Below, one piece after another: positions 9,581 through 17,757 of a stretch of DNA of 64,000 bases. The DNA comes from an uncultured Bacteroidota bacterium. Its GTDB lineage: Bacteria; Bacteroidota; Bacteroidia; Bacteroidales; SZUA-534. Position 1 is the first letter of the stretch. The number at the start of each line of letters is the position of its first letter. The position numbers and the translations under genes were made by a program. The stretch is from NCBI GenBank assembly GCA_946414435.1, contig CAMKOM010000009.1, positions 17,277-81,276 of the forward strand, read 5' to 3'. Below the pieces are notes generated by a model. The model ran no database searches and was not told the origin of the DNA. It worked only from the letters and a program-made list of their open reading frames with translations.

Positions 9581-10662
9581 TTTCCAGCAACTTTTTTAAT
9601 GGTGTCGATAACGATTCGGTTCTGTTCGGGGCGGCCGAGCGTAATGCGCAGGTGCGTGTTGATGTCGGGCTCGTTCATAAACTTTATCTTGTAATCTTCT
9701 GACTGTAAGGCTGTTTGCAATTGTTCTTTCTGCTCAATCGGGTACTTTATCAGAATGAAGTTGGCTTGCGACTTGTAAACCTTGAAGCCAGTGAGCGCAC
9801 CAATTTCCTGCTCGTAGCGCTGGCGGTCGGCGTTCATGCTGTCGGCAATGTTGCGGTAGTAGTCGGTGGCTTTGAGAGCGGCAATGGCCAGTTCTTCCGA
9901 GATTCGGTTGTAGCCTAAATACTTGTTGCCGAAGCGGTTGAATTTGCCCAAGCCGTTGCCCGTAAAGCCAAATCCCATTCGCAATCCCGGCAAACCATAG
10001 AATTTGCTCAACGTGCGGACAATCAGTAGATTAGGAAATTTGTCGACCAGGCGTTTAATGTAACTGCTGTCGCGGTTCACGTATGACGCATACGCTTCGT
10101 CGATAATTATATAAGTCGTTTTCGGGGCTTCCTGCAGAAGATTTTCGATTTGCTCGGGTGTCAGGGCATTGCCTGTCGGGTTGTTTGGCGACGCCAGAAG
10201 CAGAATTTTCGGGTTCAACTCGTGCAGCATCTTCTTGAGCGCGTCAAGGTCGTAGCGGTAGGTGTCGCCATCCTCGTAGAGCGGATACTGAACCGTCTGG
10301 CCGTCGACTTCGTCGGCAATCGACTTGTAGTACCACCACGAGAATTTCGGCACCAGCATTAGTCGGTTGTGGTCGGGCAGGGTCAGGAAGTAGTGCACGG
10401 CTTCCTTCAGCAGGTCTTCGCCACCATAGCCGAGCATAATCTGCTTCTCGTCAATCCCGTACTCTTCCGAAAGGAAAACCGAGAAAATGCTCTTCTTGCC
10501 TTCGTCGTAGATTCGAGTGTAGAAGCCAAGTTTTTGTGTATCAAAATTTTTGAGCGCTTCCAGCACTTGCGGCGCTGGTGCGAAGTTGAATTCGTTTCTG
10601 TCTAAAAAGTTCATATCGTTGAATTTTTCTGCGAAAGTACTCTTTTTATTTAGATAGTGCAT
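9577..10662 (-). CDS. class I/II PLP-dependent enzyme (HisC-like aminotransferase or CobD-like phospho-amino-acid decarboxylase)
   Basis: 361 aa. The PLP-lysine region is RTLSKFYGLPGLRMGFG, and SPNNPTGN is also present. Either the ATG at 10662 or the internal MNFLDRNEFNF is a possible start. Confidence 0.7.
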   Translation of the reverse strand: MHYLNKKSTFAEKFNDMNFLDRNEFNFAPAPQVLEALKNFDTQKLGFYTRIYDEGKKSIFSVFLSEEYGIDEKQIMLGYGGEDLLKEAVHYFLTLPDHNRLMLVPKFSWWYYKSIADEVDGQTVQYPLYEDGDTYRYDLDALKKMLHELNPKILLLASPNNPTGNALTPEQIENLLQEAPKTTYIIIDEAYASYVNRDSSYIKRLVDKFPNLLIVRTLSKFYGLPGLRMGFGFTGNGLGKFNRFGNKYLGYNRISEELAIAALKATDYYRNIADSMNADRQRYEQEIGALTGFKVYKSQANFILIKYPIEQKEQLQTALQSEDYKIKFMNEPDINTHLRITLGRPEQNRIVIDTIKKVAGK

Positions 10663-10754
10663 TTTTCATGCGCTTGCATCCGCGCTTTTTTCATGTTCCG
10701 ATAAAATTTTTCAAAAAAAATCACACAGCCTATTGCAAATTGAAAAAAGTGTCG

Positions 10755-10762
10755 TATGTTTG
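10755..10762 (+). promoter_or_regulatory. candidate -7 promoter box (TATGTTTG)
   Basis: TAnnTTTG match 45 nt upstream of the ABC ATPase start at 10807. Confidence 0.45.
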
Positions 10763-10763
10763 C

Positions 10764-10787
10764 AGTGTACTAATCAACTAATACACT
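10764..10787. promoter_or_regulatory. candidate operator: inverted repeat AGTGTA-N12-TACACT with internal ACTAAT/ACTAAT/ACTAAC direct repeats
   Basis: The palindrome sits between the -7 box and the start codon of an operon that ends with a GntR-family regulator. GT..AC-type palindromes are typical of GntR operators. Confidence 0.35.
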
Positions 10788-10806
10788 AACATTAAAAACT
10801 GACAAT

Positions 10807-11646
10807 ATGGTAACAATCAACAATTTGAGTTTCTCTTACAAGAGCAATCCGGTGTTCGAGAATCTTGATTTGACCTTCGACGAAGGCAAAATCTATGGAC
10901 TTTTAGGCATGAACGGCGCGGGAAAATCGACGCTGCTGTATCTTATGAGCGGTCTGCTCTTTGCCAAACAGGGCGTGGTTGAGTTCAACGGCCAAAACAT
11001 GAGCCGTCGCACACCCGAAGCACTGGTCGATTTGTTCATTGTGCCCGAAGAGTTCGACCTGCCGGCCATGACCTTTGAGCGTTATGTGCGACTCAACGCA
11101 CCTTTCTATCCCAATTTCAGCCGCGAGACGCTCGACCGCTGTCTGCAAGGCTTCGGCATGACCGCCGAAATGAATCTTGCACACCTTTCAATGGGGCAGA
11201 AGAAGAAGGCGTTTGTCTGCTTTGCGCTGGCTTGCAACACCGGTCTGCTGCTCATGGACGAGCCGACAAACGGACTCGACATCCCGTCGAAAAGCCAATT
11301 CCGCAAGGTGGTGGCTGAGTGCATGACTGATAACCGCACCATCATCATATCGACGCATCAGGTGCGCGACGTTGAGAATCTGATTGACCACATTACAATT
11401 GTAGGCAACCGCCAACTGCTTTTTGACGAGCCGGTGGCGCAGATTTGCGACCATCTGGTGTTTGCCGACTGCAAGTTGGGACAGGTGCCCGAAGGCGCCA
11501 TCTACAACCAACCGTCGGCATTGGGCAGCGCCGTTGTCTGCCCGCGCACGGCCGTCGATAGCGAGACGCCGCTCAATATTGAGTTGCTTTTCAACGCCGT
11601 TCTGGCCAATCCCGAAAGTGTGAAACAGGCTTTCGCTGCAAAATAA
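10807..11646 (+). CDS. ABC transporter ATP-binding protein
   Basis: Walker A GMNGAGKST, signature LSMGQKKK, Walker B LLLMDEPTNGLD. Confidence 0.85.
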   Translation: MVTINNLSFSYKSNPVFENLDLTFDEGKIYGLLGMNGAGKSTLLYLMSGLLFAKQGVVEFNGQNMSRRTPEALVDLFIVPEEFDLPAMTFERYVRLNAPFYPNFSRETLDRCLQGFGMTAEMNLAHLSMGQKKKAFVCFALACNTGLLLMDEPTNGLDIPSKSQFRKVVAECMTDNRTIIISTHQVRDVENLIDHITIVGNRQLLFDEPVAQICDHLVFADCKLGQVPEGAIYNQPSALGSAVVCPRTAVDSETPLNIELLFNAVLANPESVKQAFAAK

Positions 11647-11661
11647 ACGGAGGGCTTGGTT

Positions 11662-12387
11662 ATGAATAACTGGTTTAATATCAAACGGTTCTGGCTTGTG
11701 CTGCGGCACGAGTTTGCCAATGCGTGGATTGAGTTGGCGGTTTTTGTGGCAATCGCTCTGGTATCTCATTTTGTAATAAAAATGGCGCCATATTATACTG
11801 ACGTAAAAGCAGCAGTATTAACCGTTGCTTTTGAGTCGGGTTTCTTAATATTTTATTTGGTTCTGGCATCGCGGGTGTTCGCCAATATGCAAAGCACAGA
11901 GCGGCGCATCGGCTTCCTTTCGTTGCCGGCTTCGAACGCTGAAAAATTCTACGCACGGCTGCTGCTCTATTGGTTCCTGCCAACGTTTGCCCCATTTTTC
12001 CCTTCAGGGCAAATCCCTGCTAACGTCACGGGTTTTATTACTCTTGCCATTGTGGCAGTGATGATTATTGAGTCGAGCCTGGCGGTGCTGTTTGGCACAA
12101 TTTTCCGCAAGGGCGGGCTGCTGATACTGCTTTTGGTTGAAACAGTGATAGTTATAAGCGTTGTGATTTATACTAATGCCTATCCGTGGGTTATCAACAA
12201 TTTGGATTTCTCGATTGTGGCGCGGGTAATGGAATATGTGGGTGTTGACAGACCCGACATGGGCCGTGCTTTGAAGGTGGCCGCTATGGTTGCGGTTCCG
12301 CCTACGGTGTTCAACATTGCTTTGGCGCGGATAATCTTCTCGCGCAAGCGCCTGAGCCGCCCATTGGTAAACATCGATGAACAATAA
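11662..12387 (+). CDS. polytopic membrane protein (putative permease partner of the ABC ATPase), paralog 1
   Basis: Hydrophobic ORF of about 6 TM spans, with the start trimmed to ATG 11662. The N-terminus FNIKRFWLVLRHEFANAW parallels that of the next ORF. Confidence 0.55.
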   Translation: MNNWFNIKRFWLVLRHEFANAWIELAVFVAIALVSHFVIKMAPYYTDVKAAVLTVAFESGFLIFYLVLASRVFANMQSTERRIGFLSLPASNAEKFYARLLLYWFLPTFAPFFPSGQIPANVTGFITLAIVAVMIIESSLAVLFGTIFRKGGLLILLLVETVIVISVVIYTNAYPWVINNLDFSIVARVMEYVGVDRPDMGRALKVAAMVAVPPTVFNIALARIIFSRKRLSRPLVNIDEQ

Positions 12388-12400
12388 AAACTGAATTATT

Positions 12401-13084
12401 ATGAAAAATATTGATTTTAAACGATTTGTATTGGTTTTGCGGCGCGAGTTGCAAGCTGCGTGGAAAATGCTCGCCGCCTATGCTGTACTGAGCATTTTGT
12501 TGCTGATTGTCAGCGAAATGAATATTCTGCTTGACATCACTTTAAGGGAGAATACATTTTACGTTGTAACCGTTGGCGGAGCGTTTGTGCTGGCGTTGCG
12601 GGTGCTGGCAAATATTTGGGGACGCCGCCGCTGCATTTCGGCTCTGACGTTGCCCGCATCGGCTGCCGAAATCTTTGTGGCACGCTATCTGCTTTGGCTT
12701 GTACTGCCGCTGTTGTTTGCGGTTAATATGCTTATAATAAGAGAATTGATTGAGCTGTACGATTTCAATCAGCATATTGCAGATGCCTATTCGTTCATGT
12801 GGGCCGATTTTTGGCAAGGCTGGGGATTCACAATCCTGCTCATGGTTGCCGGAATGCATGCTGCGTTGCTGGGTGGCGCTTTCTTCAGCCGCCTGGTTCT
12901 GGTGAAGACGGCAGCCACATTCGGAGTTGCGTTTCTCGTTTTAATGCTGATTGTAACATCCTTCGACACTTTACACACGACGAGCATTTTCTGGCCGCTG
13001 CTTACGGTTACAATGGTGGTCGCAGGCATCGCGGTGTCGTTCCGCCGGTTCACGCACCGCACGGTAATGAATTTTAAGAGTTAG
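12401..13084 (+). CDS. polytopic membrane protein, paralog 2
   Basis: The N-terminus IDFKRFVLVLRRELQAAW matches paralog 1. The shared internal motif is LTLPASAAEIFVARYLLW versus LSLPASNAEKFYARLLLYW. Confidence 0.55.
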   Translation: MKNIDFKRFVLVLRRELQAAWKMLAAYAVLSILLLIVSEMNILLDITLRENTFYVVTVGGAFVLALRVLANIWGRRRCISALTLPASAAEIFVARYLLWLVLPLLFAVNMLIIRELIELYDFNQHIADAYSFMWADFWQGWGFTILLMVAGMHAALLGGAFFSRLVLVKTAATFGVAFLVLMLIVTSFDTLHTTSIFWPLLTVTMVVAGIAVSFRRFTHRTVMNFKS

Positions 13085-13161
13085 AGATGCTGATTTATGA
13101 GTTTAACTATGTAAAAATCAATCCTAAATCCTAAATAGTAAATCCTAAATAATATAAAGCT

Positions 13162-13521
13162 ATGGATTTTAAAGAGAGTAAACCGATATACATGCAGATT
13201 GTGGACCGTATCTGCAACGAGATTCTGACCGGAGTCTACGAAGAAGGCGGGCGCGTGCCGTCGGTGCGGGAGTATGCGGCAAGTGTTGAGGTGAACGCCA
13301 ACACTGCCATGCGCTCGTTCGACTTTCTGCAAGCCAACAACATAATCTTCAACCGCCGCGGCATCGGCTATTTTGTGGCCGACGGCGCCCGGAAGCAGAT
13401 TGTGGCCATGCGCCGCGAGGTGTTTATGAATGAGTCGCTGCCGGAGTTTTTTGCCGAAATCGACAGGCTGAATATCAGCATCGACGAGGTGGCCGAAATG
13501 TACCGGAAACGAGAAAGTTGA
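13162..13521 (+). CDS. GntR-family transcriptional regulator (short YhcF/YtrA type)
   Basis: 119 aa. The winged-HTH region is KPIYMQIVDRICNEILTGVYEEGGRVPSVREYAASVEVNANTAMRSFDFLQ. Confidence 0.8.
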   Translation: MDFKESKPIYMQIVDRICNEILTGVYEEGGRVPSVREYAASVEVNANTAMRSFDFLQANNIIFNRRGIGYFVADGARKQIVAMRREVFMNESLPEFFAEIDRLNISIDEVAEMYRKRES

Positions 13522-13851
13522 CAATTAACAACTAACAATAAATAATTAACAAATAGGGCATACGACCGATAGACATAAGTGGCTGATTACTAACTAACAA
13601 CTAACCAAGCAATAACCAAAAAGGTCGGAAGAAAGGCCGACCACCGAAGCCGGCTTATGTCTAAAGTCAAGTGTCTGAAAATAATCAACATAATGTTTAT
13701 AGTCACAACAAAAACACTGTTTGATTAGCGAAAGACCGCTGCTGCTTAGCGGTGGCGGTCTTTTAAATGTGAAATGTTTAATGTAGGGACGTGGCGTGCC
13801 GCGTCCGTAAAAATCAAAAATAGAAAATCAAAAATTTAAAATGAATTGAAT

Positions 13852-15756
13852 ATGAAAAAGTTAGTTTTAGCAATGATGGTGGCTGTTTCGCTGGTGTCGT
13901 GCAATACGCGCCAAAGCCACGTGCCGGCCGATTGGGTGGGCAGTTGGTTCTCAGCCGACGGTGGCTGGCAGTGCAGTCTGTTCGAAGATGTTGTTCTCTA
14001 TCAGAACGATGTGTGGCAATATCAGTCAGTTACAGAAACCGACTCAACTCTCAACCTGACAATCACCAACAACGGCCGCAAGGTCGAACTCGGCTTTATA
14101 GGCCGACCGGCGTCGAGAAAGGCCAAGCTGGATGATGGCAGTATTATGACAATTAGAGGTCTTGGAGTGTTTGTGGCAAGATACTCTGTTAATGGGCATT
14201 CTGAAGGTTGTGTTTTGAAAAACGCTGTCAATGCGGCAGTTGTCATGTGCCCGTACTGGGATTCCGTTTACAAAACTAAGAGCCCGGTGCGTGTTGAGCC
14301 CAAAATGCCTGTGCCCGACGGCACGATTGGCACGTCGGTGGTCAGGCTCTATTTGCGCAACAGTTTCCGCGGCCCGCAGTCGGTTGAGAATCTCAACCAA
14401 TTCCTGTCAAACGACTGCTATGTTCTGTTCGACAACCGTCTTGAAGTGTCGTCGCTGAAAATGCAACTTGTTGAGACCGACCGCTTTGGAAAGATGTTCG
14501 AAGCCACAATCCCCGTCGATGGAATGGCAAATTTTTCATTCTCTGAATCAAAGTCGTGGGCGGTTAGTCTGCCTCACGATGAAAGCGCATTTGGCGGCAA
14601 TGATGAAACCTTGGGGATTAGAACTCGCTCAAGTTATCTGGCGGCGCAAGGCGATACCGTGATGGTGGTTATTGACCATAGTCGCGAAGGTAATTCAAGA
14701 GAAAGGGGAAACGACTATTTTTATTACAACGACTACAACTATTTCGGCGGTTTGGGAAATCTTTACCCTTTAACGTCAAATATTGTAATCGATGGTGTGA
14801 AATATGTCGGGCGTAAAGGTCCCGATTTTGGCGATGAGAATGCTGCTTTGGCAACAATGACAAACGCTTTCGATTCGCTTAATGCAATGATTGATAATGC
14901 GAAACGTATGGCGCCGGCCTATAGCCGTTACTATTCGTACACTGCCAATCGCGTGCGCTACATTTTGGCCGACTATGCCCTTCAGTACAGCGAAACCCAG
15001 AATGTGTCGGCCCGTTACAAAAAGTTTATTGCCGATAATTTTCCGGTTACCGATTCGTGTATTCTGCAGTCGCGGAGGTCGATTGATTTCGGAATGTATC
15101 ATGCTGGTATAAAGCATGTTGTATTGTCGAAGAATGGCAATAACATACCGGAATCCACTATTTTTATCGATTCCGATGCCGCTCTGAGCAAAGGGTTAAG
15201 CCAAACAGCCGTCGATTTGTTATTAACCCGTAAAGTTGCCCAATGGTTGAGTAACAATGCAGTGAGGATTGAACGTATGGATATAGATACCATTGAGCTC
15301 GAAAAGCTGATTGCCGAAGTAAAAACACCGAGCTATCACAGCTATTTGGAAAACCTCTACAAAGTGTTCCGCACCCGCCGCAGTTATGTTGACCGTGCTT
15401 TCGGCGGCGAGAAGTTGACTGATGATGAATTTGCAGAATACGAGCGGATTACCGATAGCAATGTGGCTGCCAGACTTCGCGATGTTCAGGACAACCTGGC
15501 GAACTACGATTATGCTTTGCCGCGTGTCGAGTATAAAGACGGCCCAGGAACCTATTACCTTTACGACAGCGAGTACCCCAATGTGGCGATCGACTCAATG
15601 TACTCGCCAGCTGGGCATTACATATTTCACCGGAATCTGAAGGTAGGCCGCAGCTACATAGTCAGATACAAGAATGAAGATGGCAAAGAGCAGGAGAGAA
15701 CGTCGTTTTTTATCGATAATGCCGGCTTTGATGGGAGAACAAGGTTCGTCAACTAA
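13852..15756 (+). CDS. hypothetical lipoprotein (no family recognised)
   Basis: The long ORF is uninterrupted, with start trimmed to ATG 13852. The signal MKKLVLAMMVAVSLVSCN has a lipobox Cys. I can name no motif in it. Confidence 0.6.
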   Translation: MKKLVLAMMVAVSLVSCNTRQSHVPADWVGSWFSADGGWQCSLFEDVVLYQNDVWQYQSVTETDSTLNLTITNNGRKVELGFIGRPASRKAKLDDGSIMTIRGLGVFVARYSVNGHSEGCVLKNAVNAAVVMCPYWDSVYKTKSPVRVEPKMPVPDGTIGTSVVRLYLRNSFRGPQSVENLNQFLSNDCYVLFDNRLEVSSLKMQLVETDRFGKMFEATIPVDGMANFSFSESKSWAVSLPHDESAFGGNDETLGIRTRSSYLAAQGDTVMVVIDHSREGNSRERGNDYFYYNDYNYFGGLGNLYPLTSNIVIDGVKYVGRKGPDFGDENAALATMTNAFDSLNAMIDNAKRMAPAYSRYYSYTANRVRYILADYALQYSETQNVSARYKKFIADNFPVTDSCILQSRRSIDFGMYHAGIKHVVLSKNGNNIPESTIFIDSDAALSKGLSQTAVDLLLTRKVAQWLSNNAVRIERMDIDTIELEKLIAEVKTPSYHSYLENLYKVFRTRRSYVDRAFGGEKLTDDEFAEYERITDSNVAARLRDVQDNLANYDYALPRVEYKDGPGTYYLYDSEYPNVAIDSMYSPAGHYIFHRNLKVGRSYIVRYKNEDGKEQERTSFFIDNAGFDGRTRFVN

Positions 15757-15783
15757 TTGGTTAATCGTAAAAAAAGTAATACT

Positions 15784-16443
15784 ATGAAAATCAATGTTAT
15801 AAATGTTGTAATATTGGCTTTTGCGGCCGCAATTATGGTTTCGTGCCAAAATACAATTCAAAACAATAGTTCATACTTAAAATATTACAAGTTCGAAGTT
15901 CAGCCCGACGGGTCGGTGAATTATACCATTGAAGGCGGTTCCTACAAACGCTTGCGAATGGTTTATCTGGTTCCAATAAACAAAGAGCGGATCATTGATT
16001 CGGCAGCCGTTTGGCCAATTTCTGGTCAGTACAAATTCGAGGGTACGTTGCCGAGGCAGGGTGTTTATATCGTCCTTTCCGATACGTCGGGTTATAAATA
16101 CTCAAATGCGTACCACATGTCCACACTCAAACTCTTTAACGATTCATTCACACAGGTTTCCCAAAAAGATGGAAAGATATGGGATGTTTGCCGCGGCGAA
16201 ATTGAAAGAGCGCCTTCGGGAGCGGTTTATGTTTATCACGCTTCCGATACCTCGAAGCCTGTTTACGCATACAGAGCAAAAGATGGTTTTTTCGGTATTG
16301 GTGAACAATGTTTATGGACTTATGGAGCAGGCTATTATTCAATTCGTTACAAATCGGAAGGCCGTCTGATTTACGCTGCCGACAGCATTTACCTGTGCGA
16401 TTCGTCGTTGGTTAACTTGTATGGAAAGTACAAAGGGAATTGA
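15784..16443 (+). CDS. hypothetical lipoprotein
   Basis: The start is trimmed to the ATG at 15784 (MKINVINVVILAFAAAIMVSCQN, lipobox). It follows the previous gene by 27 nt. Confidence 0.55.
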   Translation: MKINVINVVILAFAAAIMVSCQNTIQNNSSYLKYYKFEVQPDGSVNYTIEGGSYKRLRMVYLVPINKERIIDSAAVWPISGQYKFEGTLPRQGVYIVLSDTSGYKYSNAYHMSTLKLFNDSFTQVSQKDGKIWDVCRGEIERAPSGAVYVYHASDTSKPVYAYRAKDGFFGIGEQCLWTYGAGYYSIRYKSEGRLIYAADSIYLCDSSLVNLYGKYKGN

Positions 16444-16534
16444 ACACCGAATCGGATAAAAGGCGAAAAAAGTACGTCAAACGCGTATTCAAAGTATTTT
16501 TTTATACTTTCGTGCGTTTTTAAAATTTTACGTT

Positions 16535-17680
16535 TTGAAATACACACATTTTATTTCCGATTTGTACAATGTTGATGCTCAGGTAGCGCGTTTTGCCATT
16601 GCCGACAAGCCGACAGAGTACCACGTTATGTTTCAGGTTACGCGCCGCAACATGCCGTTTGCCGAGCAGTTGAGTCAGATACAGGGCGCCTTCCGCGAAT
16701 TCAACACTACACGCATCTCATCTGCGAAGCCGGTTTTTGTACGTTATTTCTTAAGTGATGTCGCCAATCAGATTGAATTGTTGCAAAAATCACTGAACAA
16801 CACCCCTTGTGCGGTGTCTATAGTTGAACAAGCTCCGTTAAATGGAACTAAAGTGGCTTTGTGGGGCGTGTTCCAAACTGATTTCGAACTGGAATCGTCG
16901 CCTGATGCTTTCATAGCCAAGCACAACGGCTACTCACACATTTGGAACACATATCTGCATAGCTCGCAAGGCTCATCGGCAGAGCAGACACAAAAACTGC
17001 TTTCCGACTATGTCGAACTTCTGCGCAAGCACAATGTGACACTTGCCGATAACTGTATGCGCACTTGGTTCTATGTCAGAGACATCGACATAAATTACGC
17101 TGGTGTGGTGAAAACTCGCCGGGAGATGTTCGAGAAGGAAGGTCTGACCACTAGCACCCACTTTGTGGCAAGCACGGGCATTGGTGGCAGTCATGCCGAT
17201 GCGAAATGCTCTGTGGTACTTGATGCCTATGCACTCAAGGGGTTGAAGCCAGCACAAATTCAATATCTGCAGGCCAAAGACAATTTCAATCGCACATCGG
17301 ACTATGGCGTTACTTTTGAGCGTGGCACGGCCATCCATTATGGCGACCGTACCCATGTGATTGTCAGTGGTACAGCAAGCATCAACAACAAAGGCGAAGT
17401 AGTTTGCCCAGGTGATGTCAGCCGTCAGGCCGACCGTATGCTCGAGAATGTGGACGCATTGCTGAATGAAGCCAAAGCATCGGTTTCCGATGTTGCATCG
17501 GTAATTATCTACTTGCGCGACATTGCCGACTACGCTAACATCAAGGCATGGGCTGACTACCGTCTGCCTGATGTGCCCAAAGTGTTTGTTCAAGCAAAAG
17601 TTTGCCGCCCGGGCTGGTTGATTGAGATGGAATGTGAAGCCATTATTGAAGATCCAAATCCGGAATTCGTTGATTTTTAA
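16535..17680 (+). CDS. RidA/YjgF-fold protein, possibly FkbO/Hyg5-type chorismatase family
   Basis: The C-terminal ~130 aa (SGTASINNKGEVVCPGDVSRQADRMLENVDALL ... IIYLRD ... LIEMECEAI) is a clear RidA-like domain. The 381-aa size with an extra N-terminal domain recalls FkbO/XanB2. The start is uncertain (TTG at 16535). Confidence 0.5.
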   Translation: MKYTHFISDLYNVDAQVARFAIADKPTEYHVMFQVTRRNMPFAEQLSQIQGAFREFNTTRISSAKPVFVRYFLSDVANQIELLQKSLNNTPCAVSIVEQAPLNGTKVALWGVFQTDFELESSPDAFIAKHNGYSHIWNTYLHSSQGSSAEQTQKLLSDYVELLRKHNVTLADNCMRTWFYVRDIDINYAGVVKTRREMFEKEGLTTSTHFVASTGIGGSHADAKCSVVLDAYALKGLKPAQIQYLQAKDNFNRTSDYGVTFERGTAIHYGDRTHVIVSGTASINNKGEVVCPGDVSRQADRMLENVDALLNEAKASVSDVASVIIYLRDIADYANIKAWADYRLPDVPKVFVQAKVCRPGWLIEMECEAIIEDPNPEFVDF

Positions 17681-17707
17681 TCGAATAATAGCAACTATAG
17701 AAACAGA

Positions 17708-17740
17708 AAGGCTTAAGATTTTTCTTAAGCCTTTTTTGTT
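17708..17740 (+). terminator. rho-independent terminator, probably bidirectional
   Basis: Perfect 11-bp stem AAGGCTTAAGA/TCTTAAGCCTT with a TTTT loop, then a T-run. It lies between convergent genes ending at 17680 and 17758. Confidence 0.8.
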
Positions 17741-17757
17741 TTATATCGATTAACCCG

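Noticed and set aside
13578-13680. The hairpin GGTCGG-AAGAAAG-CCGACC, enclosed by AGACATAAG...CTTATGTCT, superficially recalls the SRP (4.5S) RNA helix 8 GGAA tetraloop region.
   Set aside because: It lacks the conserved asymmetric and symmetric loop nucleotides (AGCA / GGAAGCAGCC context). The stem is a simple perfect hairpin. I cannot support any ncRNA family assignment.
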